A stretch of 61,834 bases of DNA from Candidatus Limiplasma sp. (GTDB taxonomy: Bacteria > Bacillota > Clostridia > Christensenellales > Aristaeellaceae). Shown piece after piece: positions 44,609 to 52,887 of this stretch. Within the stretch, counting starts at the first letter, position 1. Every line of letters begins with the position of its first letter. The stretch lies in contig DAIOVG010000001.1 of the NCBI GenBank assembly GCA_036759125.1, positions 1 to 61,834 on the forward strand, given 5' to 3'. The position numbers and the translations under genes are program-made. The notes below the pieces were generated by a model. It did no database searches. It had not been told where the DNA came from and saw nothing but the letters and a program-made list of their open reading frames with translations.

Positions 44609-45670
44609 ATGGGACTTTTCAAAAAGATCATAACAAGCCAGTTCATTGACGTTATCGAATGGAAAGACTCGACCCAGAACACAATGGTATACCGCTACGA
44701 CATGGACGGCAAGGAGATCATGATGGGCGCACAGCTCACCGTGCGCGAAAGCCAGCTGGCCGTGTTTGTCAACGAAGGGCAGCTTGCCGATATCTTCGAG
44801 CCCGGCCGGTATGAGCTGACCACAAACAATATGCCGATCATGACCAAGCTCAAGGCCTGGAAATTCGGCTTCAATTCACCGTTCAAATCGGACCTGTACT
44901 TTATCAACACCAAGCAGTTCCTTGACCGCAAATGGGGGACCAGCAACCCGGTGATGATGCGCGACGCCGAATTCGGCATGATCCGCATCCGCGCCTTCGG
45001 CGTGTTCGCGTTCCGCGTCAAGGATCCCGAGGTGTTCCTCAAAGAGGTCTTCGGCACCAACGGCATGTTTACCGTGGAGGATGTGGAGGGTCAGATCAAG
45101 CGCACGTTGATTTCGGGCTTAAGCGACGCGATTGCCGAAAGCAAGATACCGGCGCTCGATATGGCGGCTAACTACCAGGAGCTTAGCGCGTTTGTGCAAA
45201 AGGCGCTTAATCCGCAGGTGGAGACGCTTGGCCTGACGCTGACTAACTTCATCATCGAAAACATCAGCCTGCCTGAAGACGTGGAGAAAGCCATCGATAA
45301 GCGTACCTCCATGGGCGTTGCGGGCGACCTGAACAAATACACCCAGTACCAGGCGGCCGAAGCCATGCGCGAGGCCGCCAACAACCCCTCTGGCGGTATG
45401 GCCGGCATGGGCGTAGGCATGGGCGCGGGCGCAGCGATGGGGCAGATGTTCGCCCAGAGCATGAATTCCATGAACCAGCCGCCGGTACCGGAAGCGGTTC
45501 CGCTGTTCCCCTGCATCAACTGCGGGAAGAAAATTCAGCAGGGAAGCAAATTCTGCCCGGAATGCGGCGCTTCGCAGACCCCGCAGGAAAAGGCGTGCGC
45601 CAAATGCGGCGCGAAGCTCGAACCCGGCGCTAAGTTCTGCCCGGAGTGCGGACAGAAAGCCGAATTATAG
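44609..45670 (+). CDS. SPFH/band-7 domain protein with C-terminal double zinc ribbon (YdjI-like, COG4260-type)
   Basis: 353 aa beginning MGLFKKII..FIDVIEW, the typical family N-terminus. The C-terminus has CINCGKK...CPECG and CAKCGAK...CPECG. Confidence 0.8.
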   Translation: MGLFKKIITSQFIDVIEWKDSTQNTMVYRYDMDGKEIMMGAQLTVRESQLAVFVNEGQLADIFEPGRYELTTNNMPIMTKLKAWKFGFNSPFKSDLYFINTKQFLDRKWGTSNPVMMRDAEFGMIRIRAFGVFAFRVKDPEVFLKEVFGTNGMFTVEDVEGQIKRTLISGLSDAIAESKIPALDMAANYQELSAFVQKALNPQVETLGLTLTNFIIENISLPEDVEKAIDKRTSMGVAGDLNKYTQYQAAEAMREAANNPSGGMAGMGVGMGAGAAMGQMFAQSMNSMNQPPVPEAVPLFPCINCGKKIQQGSKFCPECGASQTPQEKACAKCGAKLEPGAKFCPECGQKAEL

Positions 45671-45677
45671 TATCTGA

Positions 45678-45714
45678 TAAAAAGACCACCAGTTGTAACT
45701 GGTGGTCTTTTTTT
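45678..45714. terminator. Bidirectional rho-independent terminator
   Basis: Hairpin aaaaagaccaccagt-tgta-actggtggtcttttttt, A-run and T-run flanked, between convergent genes. Confidence 0.85.
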
Positions 45715-45761
45715 GGAATGCGAACAATCAACGATTCACCATGAAATCATGATTAAAATCA

Positions 45762-47474
45762 TTAAGAATACTCTCCAAATAAACGCTTTACTGTATTATA
45801 ACTCATCTTTGGCCTGCGGTATTCATCTACGACACCCTTATTGTTTAATGTCTTGGGACGTGACAGTGCCCAGTTTTCATCCACCAAGCAATCACAGAAC
45901 TGCCATATGAACACACCGGAAATCTCCGGATCATCAAATACTGCACGAATCGCTTGCTCCAAAATATCGGCTTGCCGTTCTTCGCTCCACTTATCATGGG
46001 CTGCAGAATGAAATCCAGCAATCGCACCAGCACCGATCTCGCTGATAATCAACGGTTTGTTGTTGTTTCCTGTTGTATTGATCCACTCGCGTAAACGCAT
46101 GATCTGAGACGTGGGATCTATATCTGTGTACCATAGCGGATACATATTGAAAGAGATAATGTCCTGTAAACCCAAACAGATATCTCCGTCATGTATTCCT
46201 GGCTCGGATGGCTGAAACGCAGAAAGACTCAATCCAACAACATCGGATCTAGGATAACAACTTGCCGAAGTGATTGGACGCGATGAATCAAGTTGCCGCA
46301 TCGCATTGAACTGCTCTGTATAGCATTCTTTTCCAAAGTCGGAATTGCTCTGGCATTCGTTCAAACAGCCCCAAATGAAGATGGACGGGTGATTGATATG
46401 CGATTGTATCATAGCCTGAATTCCTTCCAAGCTTTGGCTTTGAAACAGTGGGTGCCGCATTCTGCTGAGATTTAGACCGCGCGCATGTGCTTCCTCCCAC
46501 ACCAAAATGCCCTGCTCATCGCAAAGATCCAAGAATAACTCATCATTTGGGTAGTGGCTGGTACGTATGGCATTTGCATTCAGATCTTTTATGATTTGCA
46601 TGTCTGTTGCCATTGCGCTTAATGGGAGTGCACAGCCATATAAGCCGTGAGATTCGTGCCTGTTGAATCCACGAATTGATATTGGCCGATCATTGTATAA
46701 TATTCTCTTTCCAGATACCTGAATGGTACGGAAGCCAATTCGGTCGATGAGATCATCAAGAATAACGCCATTACTCTCCAAAACTGCTCGAAGCTCAAAC
46801 AGTTTCGGTAAACTCAGTTCGTATGTTTGTGCCTGCGGACAAGCAATGGTTATATGTATTTCTTTGCGTTCGTGAGGTGAAAGCAAACCGATTTCAAGTC
46901 TCATACATTCACCTGCCAGGTATACACTAACTTGTGCGTCTAGCTGTGAGTCGGATAAGTTCTGAATACCCGCTGAAATTGCAGCATGCCATATACCATC
47001 CTTTTGAAAAGGAATAGCTTGCACAGACCTGATATAGGCATCTGCGAGCGTTTCAACCATTACACCGCGCGTAATGCCACCCCAAGACCGATAATCGTTT
47101 GGGATATGCAGTGCCGACTCTTCGGAAAACTCGTTACTGACATCAACACGGAGTGTATGCTCGCCCTGTGAAGCTTTCAGAATAATAAAATCAAAAGGTG
47201 TATAGGCATTACTGTGCGAACCAAGTGGTTGATTATCCAAATATACATTGGTTTGAAAGGAAACGCCCTTGAAGATGAGCCGCAGGTTGCCGCCGCCGAT
47301 AAATGTCGTGCAATATGTACAAGTCCCTCGATATCGTTCCATACCTGGATATGTTTCCCAGCATGACGGAACACAAACGTTTTGAATTGTTTTTATTGGC
47401 GATGAGAAAAACCACTGGGTGCCATTCAACTCTGTTTGCATGCGTACATGAGTGGTTTCAAATAATCGAAGCAT
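45762..47474 (-). CDS. uidA: GH2 beta-glucuronidase
   Basis: 570 aa from MLRLFETTHV (compare E. coli GUS MLRPVETPT). It has the acid/base region IWGCLNE, the nucleophile region LIISEIGAG and the C-terminal NNKG (the N-x-K glucuronate-recognition motif). G+C is visibly lower than in the flanks. Confidence 0.85.
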   Translation of the reverse strand: MLRLFETTHVRMQTELNGTQWFFSSPIKTIQNVCVPSCWETYPGMERYRGTCTYCTTFIGGGNLRLIFKGVSFQTNVYLDNQPLGSHSNAYTPFDFIILKASQGEHTLRVDVSNEFSEESALHIPNDYRSWGGITRGVMVETLADAYIRSVQAIPFQKDGIWHAAISAGIQNLSDSQLDAQVSVYLAGECMRLEIGLLSPHERKEIHITIACPQAQTYELSLPKLFELRAVLESNGVILDDLIDRIGFRTIQVSGKRILYNDRPISIRGFNRHESHGLYGCALPLSAMATDMQIIKDLNANAIRTSHYPNDELFLDLCDEQGILVWEEAHARGLNLSRMRHPLFQSQSLEGIQAMIQSHINHPSIFIWGCLNECQSNSDFGKECYTEQFNAMRQLDSSRPITSASCYPRSDVVGLSLSAFQPSEPGIHDGDICLGLQDIISFNMYPLWYTDIDPTSQIMRLREWINTTGNNNKPLIISEIGAGAIAGFHSAAHDKWSEERQADILEQAIRAVFDDPEISGVFIWQFCDCLVDENWALSRPKTLNNKGVVDEYRRPKMSYNTVKRLFGEYS

Positions 47475-47583
47475 TGATTCAGCCCTTCTGTCATTCCTTG
47501 CAGCTACTGCGATATGGATACAATATAGCATGTCATTCCAAATACGCAATGAAGTATTCTTAGATATTCTCGCATAACATAGA

Positions 47584-47618
47584 CAAAAAACAGAGTCTTA
47601 CAGCTGTAAGGCTCTGTT
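47584..47618 (-). terminator. Rho-independent terminator of the GGGtGRT operon
   Basis: On the minus strand: aacagagccttacagctgtaagactctgtt followed by TTTTGT. Confidence 0.8.
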
Positions 47619-47637
47619 ATGGAATAGGCCAGATTGC

Positions 47638-48636
47638 TTATTTGCTCGCTTCCTCAATCGCCACAGCCACCGCAACGGTTGCGCCGACCATGGGATTGTT
47701 GCCCATGCCGATGAGGCCCATCATTTCCACGTGGGCTGGCACGGAGGAGGAACCGGCAAACTGTGCGTCCGAGTGCATACGGCCGAGTGTATCCGTCATG
47801 CCGTAGCTGGCGGGGCCTGCTGCCATGTTATCGGGGTGCAGGGTGCGGCCGGTGCCGCCGCCGCTGGCGACGGAGAAGTACTTCCTGCCGTTCTCCAGGC
47901 ACCATTTTTTGTAGGTACCGGCCACGGGGTGCTGGAAGCGCGTGGGGTTGGTGGAGTTGCCGGTGATGGAGACGTCGACCTTCTCCTGGATCATCACGGA
48001 AACGCCTTCCACAACGTCGTCGCAGCCATAGCAGCGCACCTTGGCGCGTTCGCCCTTGGAATACGCGGTTTCCTTGGCAATCTTGGCGGTGCCGGTGGCG
48101 TAATCCATCTCGGTCTTCACATAGGTAAAGCCGTTGATGCGGCTGATGATATAGGCGGCGTCCTTGCCCAGGCCGTTTAAAATGACGCGCAGGGGCTCTT
48201 TGCGCACCTTGTTGGCGGTGCGGGCGATACCGATCGCGCCCTCGGCGGCGGCAAAGCTTTCATGCCCGGCGAGGAAGCAGAAACAATTGGTTTCCTCACG
48301 CAGCAGCATAGCGCCCAGGTTGCCGTGGCCAAGGCCAACCTTGCGCTGGTCGGCGACAGAGCCGGGGATGCAGAACGTTTGCAGGCCGACGCCGATGGCT
48401 TCGGCTGCGTCCGCGGCGGTCTTGACGCCTTTTTTCAGCGCGATCGCAGCGCCGAGCACATACGCCCAAACGGCGTTTTCAAACGCGATCTTCTGTACGC
48501 CCATGACGATGCCGCGCACGTCGACGCCTTTGCTTTTGACAAATTCCGCCATCGAGTCAAGATCTTTGAAGCCGTATTCCGCAAGAACTTTGTCGATCTG
48601 CGCTATTCTTCTGTCATATCCTTCAAATGTAGCCAT
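47638..48636 (-). CDS. GGGtGRT family protein (conserved, function unknown)
   Basis: 332 aa containing the eponymous SVASGGGTGRTLHPDN motif. It is Gly/Ala-rich and has no TM. Confidence 0.8.
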   Translation of the reverse strand: MATFEGYDRRIAQIDKVLAEYGFKDLDSMAEFVKSKGVDVRGIVMGVQKIAFENAVWAYVLGAAIALKKGVKTAADAAEAIGVGLQTFCIPGSVADQRKVGLGHGNLGAMLLREETNCFCFLAGHESFAAAEGAIGIARTANKVRKEPLRVILNGLGKDAAYIISRINGFTYVKTEMDYATGTAKIAKETAYSKGERAKVRCYGCDDVVEGVSVMIQEKVDVSITGNSTNPTRFQHPVAGTYKKWCLENGRKYFSVASGGGTGRTLHPDNMAAGPASYGMTDTLGRMHSDAQFAGSSSVPAHVEMMGLIGMGNNPMVGATVAVAVAIEEASK

Positions 48637-48661
48637 ATCTTTTCACCTCGTTCTTTCGGAA

Positions 48662-49354
48662 TTATTGTTTGCGCGGGTCGATGGTCTCGACCGCTTCGTC
48701 AAAGCGCCCGTAGGTACCGACGTTCTTTTCAAAGGCTTCCTTGGGATCGGTGCCCTTGCGGATGGCTTCCATCATCTTGCCAAGGTTCACATATTTATAG
48801 CCGATGATCTCTTTATCAGCATCCAAGGCCAGCTCCATAACATAGCCTTCGGCCATTTCCAGATAGCGGGGGCCTTTGGCAAGCGTTCCGTACATCGTGC
48901 CGACCTGGCTGCGGTGGCCTTTGCCAAGATCCTCAAGCCCTGCGCCGATTTCCAGACCGCCTTCGGAGAACGCGCTCTGCGTACGGCCATAAGCAATCTG
49001 CAAAAAGAGCTCGCGCATCGCGGTGTTGATCGCGTCGCAAACGAGGTCGGTGTTCATGGCTTCAAGCACCGTTTTGCCGGGCAGAATCTCGCTGGCCATG
49101 GCTGCGGAATGGGTCATGCCCGAGCAGCCCAGGGTTTCCACCAGCGCTTCCACAATCACGCCCTTTTTCACGTTCAGGGACAGCTTGCAGGCGCCCTGCT
49201 GCGGCGCGCACCAGCCTACACCGTGGGTAAAGCCGGAGATATCGGTAATCTGCCTGCTCTGTACCCATGCGCCCTCTTCGGGGATGGGAGCCGGACCGTG
49301 GTTGGGGCCCTGCTTGACGCAAACCATTTCTTCCACTTCTCTGGAATAATGCAT
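48662..49354 (-). CDS. NifU/IscU N-terminal-domain-like protein (putative Fe-S scaffold-like), partner of the GGGtGRT protein
   Basis: 230 aa from MHYSREVEEM. It has GWCAPQQGAC, LGCSGMTHSAAMASE and a later Cys, reminiscent of the IscU cysteine ligands. The C-terminal ~90 aa are unrecognised. Confidence 0.6.
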   Translation of the reverse strand: MHYSREVEEMVCVKQGPNHGPAPIPEEGAWVQSRQITDISGFTHGVGWCAPQQGACKLSLNVKKGVIVEALVETLGCSGMTHSAAMASEILPGKTVLEAMNTDLVCDAINTAMRELFLQIAYGRTQSAFSEGGLEIGAGLEDLGKGHRSQVGTMYGTLAKGPRYLEMAEGYVMELALDADKEIIGYKYVNLGKMMEAIRKGTDPKEAFEKNVGTYGRFDEAVETIDPRKQ

Positions 49355-49410
49355 GGATGATAGCCTCCTATTCTTGGGTCTCGTAATCAAATTCCAAAAC
49401 ACAGTATAGC

Positions 49411-49447
49411 ATAAAGACGCGAAAGCACAAAGTCTTCCGCGTCTTTT
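49411..49447 (-). terminator. Candidate terminator after the L,D-transpeptidase gene, overlapping an extended -10 (TGcTATACT) for the downstream operon
   Basis: On the minus strand: aagacgcg-16 nt-cgcgtctt then TTAT. TGCTATACT immediately follows. Confidence 0.45.
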
Positions 49448-49467
49448 CAAGAGTTAATTTTCTGATA

Positions 49468-51198
49468 TCAGCTTGCCGGCGCAGGCGTTGGAGAGGGTGC
49501 GGGCGTCTGAGAAGGCGACGGCTCCGGCGTGAGCGTTGGTGTCAGAGGCGGTGTGATAACCGGCGAAGGCGTTTGCGGATTGAGAACATCGGCATAGATG
49601 ACATTGAGGGTATTTACACCGGCAACGCCGTCGATACCCAGCCCGTTGGCCTTTTGGAATGCCCTCACGGCCTTCTCCGTGCCTTCAAGATAGGTTCCGG
49701 TTGCCGTGTAGCCGTTATAGTACCCAAGCTCCTTGAGCTTCATTTGCAGCCAGTAAACGTCCTCCCCGGTGGATTTCATCTTGAGAGTTCGGAACGGCTG
49801 CGGCGGCATCGCGTTGCTTTGATACACGGGCGGGGCGGTTGGCTCGGGGGTGACAGGCGCGCTGTTCCAGCTGGAAGACAGCGATTTGGGTTTCAGCGCG
49901 GCGCGCAGCTCCTGATCAAGCGGCAGATCCTCGGTGATCGTGACCTGCGTACCCTTGCCTACATTTTCGTATATCCACAGCGCGTCGTGGTTGAGAAGCC
50001 GGATACACCCGTGCGATGCCCGGGAACCGAGCATGTTGTAGCTCTTGCGGTTCATAGCGTTGAGATCGACCTCGTTATAGATCACGGAATGGAAGGCAAT
50101 GTTGGGGTTGATCTTCGTCCAGAACTGCGCGTAGCTGCCATACAGGGAGAAGAACGCCCAGCGCGCCTTGGTACCGTCAAGCGTAAAGATGCCGACATCG
50201 CTTGGCGTTCCCGTTTTGCCTGTGGAGCAGACCATAAAGCGAACAGGCACGGTATGTTCGCCGTTTTCATCAAGACCGTATACGATAACCGCCTGGTTTT
50301 TTACATCGACAGTCAGCGCATAGGGGATGGGCGTAGGTTCCGGCGTGGGGCGCGGGGTAGCCGATGCATCCAGCGCATAGTTAAGATCAAATAACGCGTT
50401 CCAGGTCTCCGAACCGGTAATGCCGTCGACCGTCAGGCCGTTGTTTTCCTGAAACGCTTTCACGGCGGCCATGGTCTGGTTCATATAGTTGCCGCTGATC
50501 GGGCCGCTGAAATAATGCAGCTCGGTCAGGCGCTCCTGCACCTGTTTTACGCGGCTGCCCTGCGCCCCGCGGGAAAGCTTTCCGTTGTATTCAATATCAT
50601 AGGTTTTCTGCTCTGCATCGGCGCCATCGGATGCAAAAACGACATCATTGATATCGCCCAGCGCATCGGTTGGGGCGGCGGCATCCTGAAACCGGGAAAG
50701 GGCCGCGCTGGAAAACAGCTTACGTTGGGTTTCAATATCGGCCGTACCGGTGGCGCTGAGGCCGTGCTTTTCCTGAAACAGCTTGATGCCGTACGTGGTG
50801 CCTTCCAGATAGTCGCCGGAGACCTTACCATTGTAATACTCCAGAGCTATCAGGCGCTCCTGAATGCGTTTCACGTCGTCGCCGGAATCGCCGGTGGTCA
50901 GCTCGCGGTACTCCGCGCTGAAGATCAACGCCTCGGTTTCGCCGTCTACCATGCCGGTCGCCTCAAGGCCATAATCCGTTTGGAACTGTAAAACGGCATC
51001 GCGCGTGCCATCCAGATAGTTGCCGGTTATCTTACCCTCGTAATATCCGAGTGTCTGGAGCTGTTCCTGGATCAGGAGGACGTTCTCACCGCTATCGCCA
51101 TACTGCATGGGCCGATATCCGGCGTCTTCCGCCGATGCGGCTGACAGCAGCGCCAGGCAGAGCAGAGAGCACAGTAGCAAACTGACTAAGCGTTTCAT
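49468..51198 (-). CDS. L,D-transpeptidase (YkuD domain) with several PG_binding_1 repeats and a PT-rich C-terminal tail
   Basis: 576 aa from MKRLVSLLLCSL (signal peptide; aagga RBS). It has repeated GxxGxxVxxLQxxLxxLGYY modules and the catalytic SHGCIRL motif. Confidence 0.88.
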   Translation of the reverse strand: MKRLVSLLLCSLLCLALLSAASAEDAGYRPMQYGDSGENVLLIQEQLQTLGYYEGKITGNYLDGTRDAVLQFQTDYGLEATGMVDGETEALIFSAEYRELTTGDSGDDVKRIQERLIALEYYNGKVSGDYLEGTTYGIKLFQEKHGLSATGTADIETQRKLFSSAALSRFQDAAAPTDALGDINDVVFASDGADAEQKTYDIEYNGKLSRGAQGSRVKQVQERLTELHYFSGPISGNYMNQTMAAVKAFQENNGLTVDGITGSETWNALFDLNYALDASATPRPTPEPTPIPYALTVDVKNQAVIVYGLDENGEHTVPVRFMVCSTGKTGTPSDVGIFTLDGTKARWAFFSLYGSYAQFWTKINPNIAFHSVIYNEVDLNAMNRKSYNMLGSRASHGCIRLLNHDALWIYENVGKGTQVTITEDLPLDQELRAALKPKSLSSSWNSAPVTPEPTAPPVYQSNAMPPQPFRTLKMKSTGEDVYWLQMKLKELGYYNGYTATGTYLEGTEKAVRAFQKANGLGIDGVAGVNTLNVIYADVLNPQTPSPVITPPLTPTLTPEPSPSQTPAPSPTPAPAS

Positions 51199-51221
51199 CG
51201 GGCACATCCTTATCAGGTCGT

Positions 51222-52022
51222 TCAAAGGTATTTTATCATATCTGAGAGTCGTTCAAAGACCAAATCTGGTTGATACGGAGAATTTACAATTTCCTCTTTT
51301 TTTGTTTCGCCTGTCAGCACAAGGATGCTGAGCAAGCCATGCAGCGCGCCCATGGCGATATCGGTATACAGCCTGTCGCCGACCATAGCGAGTTGGGAGG
51401 GCATAAGACCTGTTATACGCAGTGCCTCATCCACAATGCCACGATTCGGCTTTCCGATAACAATGTCAGGCATGCGGCCCGCGCTGGCTTCGATGAACGC
51501 CATGATCGCGCCGATATCGGGGGCAAATCCGGTCTCGGTGGGGCAGTTGAAGTCCGGATGGGTGGCGATATAGGGTAACCCGTCCCGCACAAAGTCGCAG
51601 ACTGCCGTCATTTTTGGGTAATCCAGGGTTGTGTCATATCCGATCAATACGTAGTCGGGATGTTCGTCGTCGATAAGAATCCCCGATTTTCGCAGTTCAG
51701 AGCGGAGCATTTCCGTGCCCAGTACAAAAGCGCGTTTGCCCGGAAAGGTTTTCAGCGCGTACTGCGCCGTTGCCTGCCCCGAAGTGAGTACGCGAAGAAA
51801 GGGCTCGCGTACGCCCATGCCTTTGAGCTTATCAAAATATACCTCGGCGGATTTGGAGGAGTTATTGGTCAAAAACATGGCCTGCCGACCGCTTGCTTCG
51901 ACCTGGTCCAGAAACGCAAGGGAGCCGTCCAGCAGGCTGCTGCCGAGATAGAAGGTGCCGTCCATATCCAGTAAAAAACACCGGATGGGTTTGAGCTTGT
52001 CCACGATGATCTGTCGGTTCAT
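51222..52022 (-). CDS. HAD-IIA family hydrolase (NagD-like sugar phosphatase)
   Basis: 266 aa with the FLLDMDGT motif I, TNNS motif II and GDRLYTDI motif IV. Confidence 0.85.
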   Translation of the reverse strand: MNRQIIVDKLKPIRCFLLDMDGTFYLGSSLLDGSLAFLDQVEASGRQAMFLTNNSSKSAEVYFDKLKGMGVREPFLRVLTSGQATAQYALKTFPGKRAFVLGTEMLRSELRKSGILIDDEHPDYVLIGYDTTLDYPKMTAVCDFVRDGLPYIATHPDFNCPTETGFAPDIGAIMAFIEASAGRMPDIVIGKPNRGIVDEALRITGLMPSQLAMVGDRLYTDIAMGALHGLLSILVLTGETKKEEIVNSPYQPDLVFERLSDMIKYL

Positions 52023-52025
52023 GGT

Positions 52026-52877
52026 TTACTCCCGTCTGAATTTGCCGTCTTCGGGCGTGGTTACGTCCAGCACGCCGGATGCCTCGCCAAGCTGCTGGAG
52101 ATATGCGATATCGGTGCGCATCGCACCGATTTTCGCGCGCATATAGTCGCTGTTGCCAAGCTGTACTGTGATGTCTGCTCTGGTAAGCAGGGAAAGCTGG
52201 TCGGGATCCGATACGTTGATGCTGACAACCTGATCCTGATATCTTTGGATGGTAAGCTCCGACACGATACTGGAATAAGCGATGAGCTGTTCCTTGCTGC
52301 GTACGGACAGGAACTCGCCAACGGTGGCGTTGGAAACACCAAAACCGTATACGGTGGGAACCTTGCCGGGGTAATCCATATCGACGTATTCCTCCAGCAC
52401 CATTCCGTCGATATCCAGCGTATATTGTATGCCAAGCCACTGCATGGTGGCGACGATACTGCGCTCTTTGATAAACAGGTAGACCTCGCCGGGATACTGC
52501 TTGTACATATGGCTGAGAATAATCCAGTGATCCGCCTTCAAACTCTCGCGTACCTTATCCTCGGATACCGTGAAAATATTATCGCCACGCACCAGACCGG
52601 ACAGGGAGGCGATGTGTTCTGCTGAAATTGTGTCATTGCCGATCACATATAAGGTCTTCAGTCGGAATACGACAGTTTGCAGAACGATCAGCGCGACGCT
52701 GACGACCAGCAAAAACACGACAAGCCGATACACAATGGCATTGGGGTTGCGCTCTTTCACGGACGGATACACTGCAGCGCCGTATGGCGCGCCATAATAG
52801 GGCTGTCCTTCTTCCGGGATGGGAGGATAGACCTGAGAACCGTATTCGTTTGGATATCCGCGATCCCTGCGCATCAT
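52026..52877 (-). CDS. ftsQ: Cell division protein FtsQ/DivIB-like (TM plus POTRA)
   Basis: 283 aa with a Pro/Tyr-rich N-terminus, a single TM and a POTRA-like LKTLYVIGNDTISAEHI. It is positioned after murD. Confidence 0.7.
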   Translation of the reverse strand: MMRRDRGYPNEYGSQVYPPIPEEGQPYYGAPYGAAVYPSVKERNPNAIVYRLVVFLLVVSVALIVLQTVVFRLKTLYVIGNDTISAEHIASLSGLVRGDNIFTVSEDKVRESLKADHWIILSHMYKQYPGEVYLFIKERSIVATMQWLGIQYTLDIDGMVLEEYVDMDYPGKVPTVYGFGVSNATVGEFLSVRSKEQLIAYSSIVSELTIQRYQDQVVSINVSDPDQLSLLTRADITVQLGNSDYMRAKIGAMRTDIAYLQQLGEASGVLDVTTPEDGKFRRE

Positions 52878-52887
52878 TGACTCCCGT

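Noticed and set aside
48164-49360. 398-aa plus-strand ORF spanning the GGGtGRT and NifU-like genes
   Set aside because: It is an antisense shadow ORF that crosses an intergenic gap of the real genes. Its sequence is low-complexity and Ala/Arg/Ser-rich, and there is no support for it.
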